Below, in pieces: positions 29,381-39,185 of a stretch of 64,000 bases of DNA; the first letter of the stretch is position 1; every line of letters begins with the position of its first letter. The translations under genes were made by a program, and so were the position numbers. The notes under the pieces are model-generated. The model was not told the DNA's origin. It saw nothing but the letters and a program-made list of their open reading frames with translations, and made no database searches. The stretch is from an uncultured virus (IMG/VR IMGVR_UViG_3300023274_000001). Lineage: Duplodnaviria; Heunggongvirae; Uroviricota; Caudoviricetes. Location of the stretch: positions 64,001 through 128,000 of IMG/VR virus record IMGVR_UViG_3300023274_000001; one strand, given 5' to 3'.

Positions 29381-29727
29381 CGAGACAGAAGAAGACCCCC
29401 GAACAGAAGCTGGCCCGGCTGATCCAGGCGGGCACTTCCAAGCAGTACAGCGTCTGCCTCGCCGAGGCCAAGGTGATCCTCGCCGGTCGGGAAGAGGGTG
29501 CCGACGTTCTCGACATGAACTGCGGGGACCGCCTCACGGACTGGGTCTGCTCACTCCCTCCAGGTCCGCACCCCGGGTGGCGACACCTGGAGACCCTGAC
29601 GGGCATCTGGTGGTCTCAGTCGAGGGCCTTCCCCTACTCGAACGCCGTCAAGGAAGAACCCGTCCCGAAGACCTTCCGGGGTCCGTCGGCCGATCTCGTG
29701 ATCCTCGACGAAGCGGTGAAGCGATGA
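29377..29727 (+). CDS. Hypothetical protein
   Basis: ATGA coupling. Confidence 0.6.
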   Translation: MTRQKKTPEQKLARLIQAGTSKQYSVCLAEAKVILAGREEGADVLDMNCGDRLTDWVCSLPPGPHPGWRHLETLTGIWWSQSRAFPYSNAVKEEPVPKTFRGPSADLVILDEAVKR

Positions 29728-30434
29728 TGCCTGGGCAGTCACAGGACATGAAGCTCTTCGATTCCGGGCTGCTCTCGGCTGCCCTGGATGACGCCGCCTT
29801 TCCCCTCCTGGACGAACTCATGGAGTACTTCGTTCCCGAGGGGCCCTTCTTGACCTTCGGAGCGCCCGGGGCGGCCCGTGCCCTCAGCCTCTACGGCCGG
29901 ACCGTCCTGGCCGACCGTGACCCTTTCGCCGACCCCTTCAACGGCGCTCGCGAAGAGGGCATCGAGGTGCGTGTGGCCGGGCCCGAGGATCCGATGGTCT
30001 TCCCGCCGCGCCGGTTCGGCCTCGTGCATGCCCGCTGGCTTCCCTCGTTCGCGGGAAGCGTCCTGTCGAACATGACGAGGTGGCTGAAGCCCGGCGGAGT
30101 GCTGCTGATCGAGGCACCCGACGACTACCCGGCCCGCAACCTGCCGCGCGGCCCGTACCAGGCCGTCTCCCAGGCGCTCGCCGACCGGCTGAACCTGGCG
30201 TCCACGGCCCCGCTGCCCGGCTTGCTGGTGAGACACGGCCTCACCCACATCGGAGTACGCCACCAGCTCCCGCTGACCTCCGCCTTCCATGTGCTGTTCC
30301 AGCACCTGGTGGAGCGGGGCGCCCCGTGGCCGGAGGTGGAGGACGCGGACCTGCGCGACTGGCCGCATGACCCGGTGGCCCAGACTCCGGCACTCACGAA
30401 TGTGATGGCGTGGGGGCTGAAAACCCAGGAGTAA
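29724..30434 (+). CDS. Divergent SAM methyltransferase-like protein
   Basis: FGLVHAR...[11 protein letters not shown]; motif I degenerate. Confidence 0.55.
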   Translation: MMPGQSQDMKLFDSGLLSAALDDAAFPLLDELMEYFVPEGPFLTFGAPGAARALSLYGRTVLADRDPFADPFNGAREEGIEVRVAGPEDPMVFPPRRFGLVHARWLPSFAGSVLSNMTRWLKPGGVLLIEAPDDYPARNLPRGPYQAVSQALADRLNLASTAPLPGLLVRHGLTHIGVRHQLPLTSAFHVLFQHLVERGAPWPEVEDADLRDWPHDPVAQTPALTNVMAWGLKTQE

Positions 30435-30528
30435 TCTGCGGAAATACGCAGCAAGGTGCGAAGATGTATCCTCACGCCGCTGAACGGACAGATCCGGCAG
30501 GAAGAGCCGGGCGGAGAAGGAGAAGAAC

Positions 30529-31311
30529 GTGCAGAGTGTGCAGCCCCGGGTGTACCTCATCAGTGCCCCGGCACTGGACTACGACGAGATCGAGGAGTAC
30601 CTGAACGAGGTCGGCGGCGGAAGCTGGCTCAGGCGGATCGACGAGGACGACGACGCCCAGAACCTCGTCGAGTTCGCGGGCCGGTTCTGCTACCGGAGCT
30701 GGGAACCCGGGCTGAACCCGAACGTGACGCGCATCCGTGAGGATCAGGGCAAGTACCTGGAGAACATCCTCAGCTCCCGGCACGGCTCGGTCCTGGAGCA
30801 CGCCCAGTTCACCTTCGCCCTGCACAACGTGAGCCGCGTCTTCACACACGAGCAGGTCCGCCACCGGGTCGGCACGGCGATCTCCCAGGAGTCGCTGCGG
30901 TTCGTGCGTCTGACCGATCTGCCGTTCTGGTTCCCGGACTGGACGGACGAGGACGAAGAGCTGAAGAGCCGGGCCGTGAAGCTCCTGGAGCAGATGGAGG
31001 AGTTCCAGGGCTGGATGGCGGAGCGCTTCGGGCTCGACAACCCGGGCGTGCCGTTCTCCGAGAAGAAGGCGAAGACGTCCTTCATGCGCCGCTTCGCCCC
31101 GGAAGGCGTGGCGACCGGCATGGTCTGGAGTGCGAACATCCGCACCCTGCGGCACACCATCGAGTCCCGTACGGCGAAGGGCGCCGAGGAGGAAATCCGG
31201 ATCATCTTCGACCGGATCGGCCGCATCATGCAGCAGGAGTGCCCGCTGCTCTTCGGTGACTACGAGGTCAGCGACGAGGGCGAGTGGATCCCGGGCTGGA
31301 GGAAGGTGTGA
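30529..31311 (+). CDS. thyX: FAD-dependent thymidylate synthase
   Basis: HGSVLEH, SRVFTHEQVRHR...SQESLRF signature. Confidence 0.96.
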   Translation: MQSVQPRVYLISAPALDYDEIEEYLNEVGGGSWLRRIDEDDDAQNLVEFAGRFCYRSWEPGLNPNVTRIREDQGKYLENILSSRHGSVLEHAQFTFALHNVSRVFTHEQVRHRVGTAISQESLRFVRLTDLPFWFPDWTDEDEELKSRAVKLLEQMEEFQGWMAERFGLDNPGVPFSEKKAKTSFMRRFAPEGVATGMVWSANIRTLRHTIESRTAKGAEEEIRIIFDRIGRIMQQECPLLFGDYEVSDEGEWIPGWRKV

Positions 31312-31450
31312 GTCCCTGGCTGCTTCTGCTGCTGGCGTGCCTGATCGGCGCGGTCTCCGGTGTGGTGACCTCGCTGCTCAGCGAGAAGACCATCCGGGCC
31401 CACGAGCGGGCGCGCTACCGCAGGGAAACCCTGGACGACCTGGGGGACGG

Positions 31451-31723
31451 ATGAGGCGCTACGAGGGCGAGGTGCTGGTCGTGGCCGGTGACGCCCTGCT
31501 CAACGCGAAGGCGTACCTGCTGGCGGTGGACGGATTCTGGGGCGGCTTCCTGACGATGCGCTCGACGGCCGGGGCGGAGCTGGTGATGGAGGCGCAGTTC
31601 AACAACCGCTTCCTCACCTTCAACACCCGCGACCCGTACCCCTTCACCCCGCGCCGCACGAACGAGGAATCCCCCGTTCTCAGAATCACCGGCCTGCGGT
31701 CCGTCCCTCCGGAGCTGAAGTGA
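31451..31723 (+). CDS. DUF4873-like protein (paralog 1)
   Basis: YEGEVLV...WGGFL...ITGLRSVPP. Confidence 0.5.
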   Translation: MRRYEGEVLVVAGDALLNAKAYLLAVDGFWGGFLTMRSTAGAELVMEAQFNNRFLTFNTRDPYPFTPRRTNEESPVLRITGLRSVPPELK

Positions 31724-32028
31724 TCCTCGACCGGTACGAGGGCCCGGCGTTCCTGGTGACCGAGGCGCGCACCCTCGACGGCGTCGTGCAGCTCACCTCC
31801 TGGCAGGGCGAGGAGATCTGCTACTGGGGCGGCGTGCTGCACCTGATCTCGGTCAGGGACCGCGCTCTGGCCATCGCCTCGGAGCACACCTTCCTGACGA
31901 TCGGCGGCCCCGAGACCTACGTGACGGTCACCGAAGGCGAGCAGGCAGACGGTCCGCTGGCCGTCACCGGGCACGGGCAGCCTCCGTTCGGGGCGCCGGA
32001 CAGAACCGCAGGACTGTCCTGGACGTGA
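31720..32028 (+). CDS. DUF4873-like protein (paralog 2)
   Basis: YEGPAFL...WGGVL...VTGHGQPPF. Confidence 0.6.
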   Translation: MILDRYEGPAFLVTEARTLDGVVQLTSWQGEEICYWGGVLHLISVRDRALAIASEHTFLTIGGPETYVTVTEGEQADGPLAVTGHGQPPFGAPDRTAGLSWT

Positions 32029-32148
32029 GAGGGCATGTGCCTGGCACAACCGAAAAGGTGCCCCTGGTCCGAAGCGCACCGGTATCCGCCTTGCGTCTTC
32101 CCTCGCGCAATCAGGAGAGAAGGCGCAAGGCAGTGCAATGATCACCCC

Positions 32149-32445
32149 ATGGCGATGGATTTCTACGTGGGCCCTGCGGTGCTCACCCTCGACGGCGAGA
32201 CCATCGGCGTGACAGCGTTCATCGACTCCAGCGCCAGCCGGGGCCTGTACGTCTGGGGCGGCTTCCTGGACACGCACCGCGAGGAACTGCGCTTCGCGGC
32301 GGTCGAGGCGGAACGGACCCGGCTGGCCTTACCGGGACGCGAGGGCTCGGACATCGATGTCGTCTACACCTCGGGCCAGGGCATCGGCTTCATGGGCACC
32401 GGGCCTTCCCCGCTGGAGACCTCCGAGCGCTGCGAAGGCTCATAG
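32149..32445 (+). CDS. DUF4873-like protein (paralog 3)
   Basis: YVGPAVL...WGGFL...FMGTGPSPL. Confidence 0.6.
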   Translation: MAMDFYVGPAVLTLDGETIGVTAFIDSSASRGLYVWGGFLDTHREELRFAAVEAERTRLALPGREGSDIDVVYTSGQGIGFMGTGPSPLETSERCEGS

Positions 32446-32539
32446 GTCCGACGACCGAACTCCAGTGCTACAGAGTTAATTACTCTCAGGACGTAACGAA
32501 CTCTGCATCAAAGAGGCTCTACGCGGGTAGCCCATCGGA

Positions 32540-32746
32540 TCACTGATGGGGCCTCCCGCAGGAGGAGCAGTACAGGTATCCGGCGTACCCGGTGATCGAG
32601 CCGTCCCGGGAAACGCACACCAGGCCGACGGGATCCCCGTTGAGCTGGAACCACGCCTCGCCGCAGAAGCGGCACACGGCACCGTCGTAACTCCCCTCTC
32701 TCGCTTCGCTCTTCTTGCGGAACTCGTTGATGTCGGTGACGTCCAT
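32540..32746 (-). CDS. Small Zn-ribbon protein
   Basis: CRFC...CSSC. Confidence 0.55.
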   Translation of the reverse strand: MDVTDINEFRKKSEAREGSYDGAVCRFCGEAWFQLNGDPVGLVCVSRDGSITGYAGYLYCSSCGRPHQ

Positions 32747-32897
32747 GCATCCACCATCCCCCACTCGGGGTGACGTACCCAAGGGGAACGGGTAATCGAA
32801 CTGGAGTTCGGCCCTATAGGGGAGTCGCAGCGAGATTTTTGTGGGGTCAGGACTTAGGATTCCAGGTATCCCGGATGGTTTTCCCAAGGAGCGCGCC

Positions 32898-33227
32898 ATG
32901 AAGAGGTCCCTGATCGCCGTACCGGCCCTGCTGATGGTGCTCATGGGCTGCTCCGGCGGGGAACCGGACACCCCGGAGCCCTCGGCTACGGCTACGGCGG
33001 ACCTGAAGAAGGTCTCCGAGCGCTGGAACGAGATGACGCGGGACGAGCAGGCAGCCGTCTGCGCGGCGGCCTCGGGCCCCCTTCCCGGTGAAGGTGAGAT
33101 CGGCGGAACCGCGACCGCTTCGTCCCGGCCGGACTACCGGCTGATGCTCCAGGCGATCGAGGCGGCGGGCTACACCCAGCCGGAGGCGACCGCGATGCTC
33201 CCCTATGCGCTGAACGAGTGCCGGTGA
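32898..33227 (+). CDS. Lipoprotein
   Basis: MKR + hydrophobic stretch + LMGC lipobox. Confidence 0.75.
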   Translation: MKRSLIAVPALLMVLMGCSGGEPDTPEPSATATADLKKVSERWNEMTRDEQAAVCAAASGPLPGEGEIGGTATASSRPDYRLMLQAIEAAGYTQPEATAMLPYALNECR

Positions 33228-33335
33228 AACTCTCGCGCGAACAGAAGGCATGGATCGGGAATGCACTGGTGTGCCCCCGCTGCCTTCGCATGCGATCACC
33301 TTTCCACTGGATCCTCGTGAGGCTGGGAATCTGCG

Positions 33336-33590
33336 ATGACTACTCCTACTGACTTCTCCGTCTGTCCCAGGTGCGGTGACGAGATCCCGCCGGACAATGA
33401 CGCGACCGGGGAAGGACCCGTGTACTGGACGATCTCCGAGGAACCGTTCTGCTCGATGGAATGCGTGATCTTCGTTCATCGCATGTGGCTGAAGCGGAAA
33501 GAAGGCCGGGCGGAGATGAGTGCGGCAGAAGTACTCGCAGCTCTGAAGGATCGCGCGGAACTGAACAAGCAGCAAGGACAAAACGGCTGA
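33336..33590 (+). CDS. Small Zn-finger protein
   Basis: CPRC...FCSMEC. Confidence 0.55.
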   Translation: MTTPTDFSVCPRCGDEIPPDNDATGEGPVYWTISEEPFCSMECVIFVHRMWLKRKEGRAEMSAAEVLAALKDRAELNKQQGQNG

Positions 33591-33599
33591 AGGCCAGAA

Positions 33600-34500
33600 T
33601 GCTCTGACGGATGCATGGTCCTAACCTGGGACCCAAATTCAAATTCAATTCCGCATTTGGTTTTCTACCGTGAGAGAATTTCGACTGAATTTCCCGCGAA
33701 TTTTCCCGCAGGTTTTCTCGCACCCGCTCCGCTCGCACTCCCGCTCACATTCCCTTGCATATCCATGTGCATTCATTGTGCATACGTGTGTGCATTGACG
33801 TGAGATATAGAGCTAGTGAATAGAGCGTAGATATCCCTGCATTAGCTAGCTGTTGATTCCCCTGCATTCCATCCCTTCCATTGCTGCGCATTCCCCCTGC
33901 ATTCCATCTGTTGCATTCCCCTGCACATTCCGAGTGTGTGTGATGAGAGACAGCAGATATCGAGACTCCGAATAGCCTCCCGCTTTCCCTCGCTTTCCCT
34001 TTCCTCTCACCTCCCGCTTTCCTCTCACTGCATAGGTTCATGTGTATGTGTGTATTGGGTGTGAGCAGTACAGACGTGAATGCGAAATAGCGATATCGAG
34101 ATACCCGCGCATTCCCTTTCCGAGTGCTCCCGCATTCCCCCTGAATTCCCGCGCGCTCCCGCTCCCGCTCACGTGCTCCCACCTGCACGCATACACACAT
34201 GATCATGCGCACCCTGCATACCGAGTGATCACCCGCTCACGTGCTCCCGCATTGCGTGCACTCCGGCACCGTGCGCCGTTCCCGCTCATGTGCTCCCGAG
34301 TGGCCAGGCAAGCGCGCTCACGCGCGAACGCGCATCGCGTCGCGCCCCCGCGCGCGCCGCTGCACGCGCGACCCCTCCGGCATGCTCCCGCTCCGTTCGC
34401 TCACATGTGTACTCACGTGCTCATCTGTGCTGATCAGTCCCCCTCGCTTCACATTCCCTCCCATCCCTCCCCTTCCCCTTCAAATCAGACATAGCTACAC
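33600..34500. repeat. Lower-GC, pyrimidine-skewed low-complexity region
   Basis: Many TGCATTCC(C), CCCGCT and GCTCAC repeats; no credible ORF. Confidence 0.7.
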
Positions 34501-34874
34501 ACACTGACCCTGCAATGTGGGAGCGCAACGACGTGCATGCACTCCGGGAGTCCTCACGTTTCCGCAGCTCAGGAGCATGATCACAGCAAACTCCGACATA
34601 CGGGACAACGCTGTGACCTGCGGTTTCAACAGTTCGTTGTACCGGTTTCGAGCGCGAGAAAGTGGAGCCATCCTGCCCAAATAAGTAACTAAGAGTGGTC
34701 TTCCCTCACTTGCTTCTCACTCTATGTATATGCATTGCAGGTCGCAGCGCTGACGTGCGCGTACGTGTATGAACCGGACATGTGGGAGTTATGAGCACAC
34801 ATGCCGCTGCCTTCCTCACGCTCGAAACCCTCCCCTCCCTGCCTGTCTCGCGTAGCTATGTCCGAGTTTGTACA

Positions 34875-34890
34875 TGTGACCTGCGTCACA
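34875..34890. promoter_or_regulatory. Perfect CRP-type palindrome TGTGA-N6-TCACA
   Basis: TGTGACCTGCGTCACA. Confidence 0.5.
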
Positions 34891-35119
34891 CTTTTATCGA
34901 TGCTTGCTACACCTACCGATTCGCTCCCTCGTTTGCTCACCGCAAATTCTTGACCCATCTGTCGTACATGTCCGTTTCGTGTCGTGAAGTCCGGTAGGTT
35001 CTCCATGCCTCTGACCTGCACAAACAGAAAGTCTCCCGACGTTTCCGCAGGTACAAGAGCTGACAGAACCTTTTTTGAGAAAAATCTTGAACTCCTCGTT
35101 TTCGCAGGTCAGAGCCCAT

Positions 35120-35135
35120 TGTGACCTGCGTCACA
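35120..35135. promoter_or_regulatory. Second identical CRP-type palindrome
   Basis: TGTGACCTGCGTCACA. Confidence 0.5.
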
Positions 35136-35249
35136 CACATTCGGTCCTGAAGTCCGGTAGCGCTCTGACCTGCACGTTTACTGTTCACCTGACACGTCGT
35201 CAGCAACCGCACACTTGCAATGGCAGCCATGTTTCTGGTCTAGTTCTGG

Positions 35250-36275
35250 TTGTCGCCACGACGCGGCGCCCGCTCCGGCGGGACGCGGCGCGGGGCGAGT
35301 GCAAGCGTCCGGGTTCTACCCCCGGACACACCCGCCCGGGTGTTCCTTCACATCACGTGAGGGGTGACCGGGAAGGGCTCACACGAACTCTGTGACGCAT
35401 GCGGTTCGCCGTAGCGACGTCGGGAGGGGAAACGGGAGGCACGATCCCCGGGTGAGGCGGACGGGAGCGAAACGCGCTAGCCGTAATGGCGCGGGATGCA
35501 CTCGAATGCGGTTCCTTGAGATTTTCGGAGCCCTCTCGTACACGATCCCCGGTAACCCGGGAGTACGGGAGCGGCGCAAACGGCAAGCCACGCGGTCCCC
35601 TAGGGGGCGCCGGAAAGCGTGGCCACTCGAACCGGTGGGAGGGGTCACCCTTTTGCCAGTCGGGAATACGGCGCACGGAGTACGTGACCACTTGCCGGAA
35701 TGCCTTACAGATCACAAGCGACGTGATCAGGGAATCCGGGAATGTCACAGGAAACGTGTTAAAGCGTTAGTCCGGTTCCCGCGAGTTGCGGCGCACGCAA
35801 GTACGGCCCTCTAGTCCGGGAGGTCAACCACAAGCCACGTGGGGAAACCGGGGGAATGGTGGGGAAAGCGTGTCGAAATAGTCAGTCCGCAGCAAAACCC
35901 GTTTCACCACTGGTTCGAGCCAAACGCACTATGCGGGTACGGCATAGATGATCACGCACTCTCCCGGGAGGGGTTCCGGGGGTGACGTGCGACGGTACGG
36001 CGGGATACCAGGGGTGTCGGAACCCCTGCCCGTGACGGACGGGAGCGCTTAGCGCTTCCGTCCCCCGGGGGATTCGGACGCGACACGTTGCGACGCGCCG
36101 GTTTCCACACGGAAATACGGGACGCGCTCCGATGTGGCGCCGTTTCCCCCGGGACGCATCACGTGCTGAGAGCACGAACGGACAACATGGTTTCGGTCCG
36201 GTAGGCAGGGAGGCTAGAACTCCCGTGACGCTACGACGGGGAAACTCTGTCCGTTCCTCCCTCCGCACGGAGGTT
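35250..36275 (+). ncRNA. Candidate large structured non-coding RNA (~1 kb)
   Basis: Dense nested helices, a UUCG loop, long-range pairing, G-U pairs on the + strand, no credible ORF. Confidence 0.6.
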
Positions 36276-36292
36276 CGGGAAGGATTCCGGCA

Positions 36293-36472
36293 ATGGTGAT
36301 CAGGCTTGACAACGGCGGAACGGTGACGGTCTCGGAAAGCGGGATCACGTACCGTCGGGGGCGCGAGATTCAGTGGCGCCCCCTCCCCGGAACGTACAGC
36401 GAATCGGCCGAATGGCTGGACACGTTGGCGAACGGGAATGCGGGAGTTCTGTTCACGTCGCGTAAGGCGTGA
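36293..36472 (+). CDS. Small protein (59 aa, below ORF-track cutoff)
   Basis: GGAAGGA RBS; MVIRLDNGGTVTVSESG... Confidence 0.6.
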   Translation: MVIRLDNGGTVTVSESGITYRRGREIQWRPLPGTYSESAEWLDTLANGNAGVLFTSRKA

Positions 36473-36531
36473 ACTGTCGGCAGACGTCGCACACGAGAGA
36501 TGCGACGCGGACAACGGAAAGCGGGAAGATC

Positions 36532-38334
36532 ATGAAGGTTGCGGGCAAGGTGTTGGCGGTTTCGGGCGACGGTTTCGCTCGGATGTACGGGCAGGGTGAA
36601 CGGGGCGCGGGACACGCGGTGTTCATTCCGGCCGGTTGTCAGGGTGACCCGTTGGGCGGGAGCGGCGCGCGAATCGTCCGGGCATGCGGGAGCACGCTCC
36701 CGACGGAAAAGGCGGCCGAGAAATTCCAGGGTGACAAGCGGTGCCCGAAGTGTGTCGAGTGGCTGGCCACGACGGACGGGACGGCTGCGCTCGAATCGGC
36801 CCGTGCGGAGCGTCACGCGTGGGAGTTCGGCGCCGATGACATCGCGGAACTGTTCAGCGTGGCGGACGTGGTGAACGGGACGGACGCCCGGGAGGACTCC
36901 GCCCCGGTTGCGGACATGGCCCCGGGTGCGGCGCGTGACGCTGCGGTGCGGGAGATCTGGACCGGCGGGAGCGACCCCGACCCGGTGGCCACGCGTAAGG
37001 CGGCGGTCGCTCGGGAGCGTAAGCGGCTGGCAGATCAGACGGAAAAGCGGGAGGCCGCTAAGCGGGAGGACTCCGCCCCGGTTGACCCCCCGGCGGACGG
37101 GAGCGGCGCGGAGATCATCGCGTCAACGGGTAAGACGCTCGCACAGATGGTCGCCGAAACGGCCACGTTCTACGCGAACGGCGGTGCGGTCTCCCCGGAG
37201 ATTGCGGCACTCCCGGCGCCCGGAACGGTGAGCCTGGCAAGCGGGACGGTTTCCGGGAGTGCGGCCGAAATTCTGGTCTGCACGTTCAAGGGTGAGGTTT
37301 CGACCGTCAACCCGGAGCGGACGCACGGGAAGTGCCCCGACTGCACCACGTACATTCCCCTTCTGCCCGGGGGCGCGGGAGGCAAGGAATCCGGCCCGAA
37401 GGTTTCCAAGATCAAGTGCGACGGGACCGGTTCGGCTCCGACGTCCGGGACCCTGGTTCTCCGCGACGATCACAGCGTGAGCGTGGCGGACGACTACGAC
37501 GGTAAGACGTCGGCCCCCTGCCCGGACTGCGGGCGCGTGATCGCGGTCTCTCGTGACCGGAACATGCGCAAGCACAACGGCTTGGAAGTGCGGGAGGTTG
37601 CCGAGTCGGCGGACGTCGACAAGATCGGCAAGCACAACGTGGGCGGGGTCGCGACTCCGGCCGGTAAGGGCCTGTCGTCCAAGTCGATTGAGACCGTGGA
37701 ACACGGGAGCGTGCCCGGTGACCCTGCCTCCGCTGACAAGCGGCGTGCGGCGGAGATCGAAGAGCGGGGCGCGGACGCGCGGGAGTTCAAGGGCGGTGCG
37801 GACGTCGGGGCGACGGTTGCCAAGGGTGCGCGACTGGCACTGTCCCGGGGTCACGGTTCGGTGGACGGGAGCGCGACGACCGGGAGTCAGAACATGGCGC
37901 CCGTGCAGCCCAAGGGGTGGGTAGGGGTCGCCGGTACGGGATCGCTTCCGGCCATGGTGCGCCCCGGGATTGACCCGGAAGTGACCGGGGACATCTGCCC
38001 CCTGCCGAAGTGCGGCGGACAGCGTAAGGACGTCGCACACAAGGGCAAGTCGTCGGGGTGGCGTCGGCGTCACTCCTCGCAGATCGGCGCCTATCTGGCC
38101 GGGCGCAAGGAAGAGCGGGACGCCAAGCGCGCGGCGCAGATCGAAAGCGGGGAGATCGTTCCCGCCTCGGTCAAGCGGGAGGCCCGTAAGGCGGCGTCGG
38201 TCGGATCGTTCAGTGAGGGCAACGTGAACGGGACCGTGACGCACGCGCCCCGCCCGGAGTTCGCCCCGAAGGGGACGCGCAAGCCTGCCCCGAACGGCAA
38301 CAAGCACACCCGCCGGAGCGGTCGCGCGGAGTAG
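36532..38334 (+). CDS. Large multi-Zn-ribbon hypothetical protein
   Basis: CPKC, CPDC twice, CPLPKC; basic C-terminus; start may be 36469. Confidence 0.75.
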   Translation: MKVAGKVLAVSGDGFARMYGQGERGAGHAVFIPAGCQGDPLGGSGARIVRACGSTLPTEKAAEKFQGDKRCPKCVEWLATTDGTAALESARAERHAWEFGADDIAELFSVADVVNGTDAREDSAPVADMAPGAARDAAVREIWTGGSDPDPVATRKAAVARERKRLADQTEKREAAKREDSAPVDPPADGSGAEIIASTGKTLAQMVAETATFYANGGAVSPEIAALPAPGTVSLASGTVSGSAAEILVCTFKGEVSTVNPERTHGKCPDCTTYIPLLPGGAGGKESGPKVSKIKCDGTGSAPTSGTLVLRDDHSVSVADDYDGKTSAPCPDCGRVIAVSRDRNMRKHNGLEVREVAESADVDKIGKHNVGGVATPAGKGLSSKSIETVEHGSVPGDPASADKRRAAEIEERGADAREFKGGADVGATVAKGARLALSRGHGSVDGSATTGSQNMAPVQPKGWVGVAGTGSLPAMVRPGIDPEVTGDICPLPKCGGQRKDVAHKGKSSGWRRRHSSQIGAYLAGRKEERDAKRAAQIESGEIVPASVKREARKAASVGSFSEGNVNGTVTHAPRPEFAPKGTRKPAPNGNKHTRRSGRAE

Positions 38335-38417
38335 TCCGCAGACGTCCGGAAGTCAAAGAGCGAAGCGGGCCCCGGGAACTCCCGGGGCCCGGGTGAATCG
38401 GAAAGGGAGTACGGGAC

Positions 38418-39086
38418 ATGAGCACGATCACGGTTGCGCAGGAAATCGAGGGCGCGCGGGAGCGCGTGACGCCGTTCTTCGAGGGGCTGCGGGAGGACAT
38501 GACGGCTCACTTCTGGGAGACGTTCGGCGCGGCGGCGGCGGCCTACCGGGGCGCGCGGTCGGAGGGTCCGGCGGCGGACCGGTTCGCGGGAGTGGTCGGC
38601 GAACTGATCCGGGACGCAAAGGGAACCGCGAGTGACCCCGTGCTGCGCCGTGGCGCCCCACTCCCGGCCGAGTACGGCGCCCCCGCGCGGGAGGCCCGGG
38701 AGGTCCCTCCCATGCCCTCACGTGAGCCGTGGGCGACCATGCCGACCGACGGGAGCGGAACGCTCACCCTGCCGGAGCGCATCACGTACGCGGTGATCGG
38801 CGCGGCGTGCGTGGCGGTCCTGCTGATCATCGGATTCCTGGTCTCGGGGGTCGGGAGTTCCCCCGACGCTCCGGCCGTGGACATGCGCAACGCGGGACAG
38901 GTGGTCACGGACGCCGACTTGATCACTCAGGGTGGCTACTGGTCATGGGAGGTCGCCGAGTCGTGCGGGATGCGCGTTCCGGCGGAGTGTGACAAGACGC
39001 TGCGGGAGGTCAACGCGGCGGCGGAGCGCTACGGCGTGCGGGTGTGGGAGGACGGAACGATCTCCCCCCTCGGACGTCAGTACTGA
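38418..39086 (+). CDS. Membrane protein
   Basis: RBS; one TM segment. Confidence 0.7.
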   Translation: MSTITVAQEIEGARERVTPFFEGLREDMTAHFWETFGAAAAAYRGARSEGPAADRFAGVVGELIRDAKGTASDPVLRRGAPLPAEYGAPAREAREVPPMPSREPWATMPTDGSGTLTLPERITYAVIGAACVAVLLIIGFLVSGVGSSPDAPAVDMRNAGQVVTDADLITQGGYWSWEVAESCGMRVPAECDKTLREVNAAAERYGVRVWEDGTISPLGRQY

Positions 39087-39185
39087 TCACGGCCGTGCGG
39101 TCCGGTCGGGCTCCGGGTTTCCCGGGGTCCCGGCCGAATCGTCCGGGAGTGAGGGACGAGACGCGGAAAGGGAGAGGAAACGATC

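Noticed and set aside
35295-35385. Twister-sister ribozyme suggested by GUGCAAG and GCUCA
   Set aside because: The required flanking stems do not form
35905-35925. tRNA suggested by GGTTCGAGCC
   Set aside because: No cloverleaf, D arm or acceptor stem; I saw no tRNA in the window
35780-35995. Group I intron core (UUGCGG/CCGCAGC P4-like pairing; GCAC/GUGC P7-like)
   Set aside because: P7/G-binding site pairs are incomplete, no P3 was identified and no flanking gene is interrupted; kept only as part of the ncRNA candidate
33600-36270. ORFs listed in the non-coding block
   Set aside because: Atypical codon and amino-acid composition, no RBS; they derive from low-complexity or structured sequence
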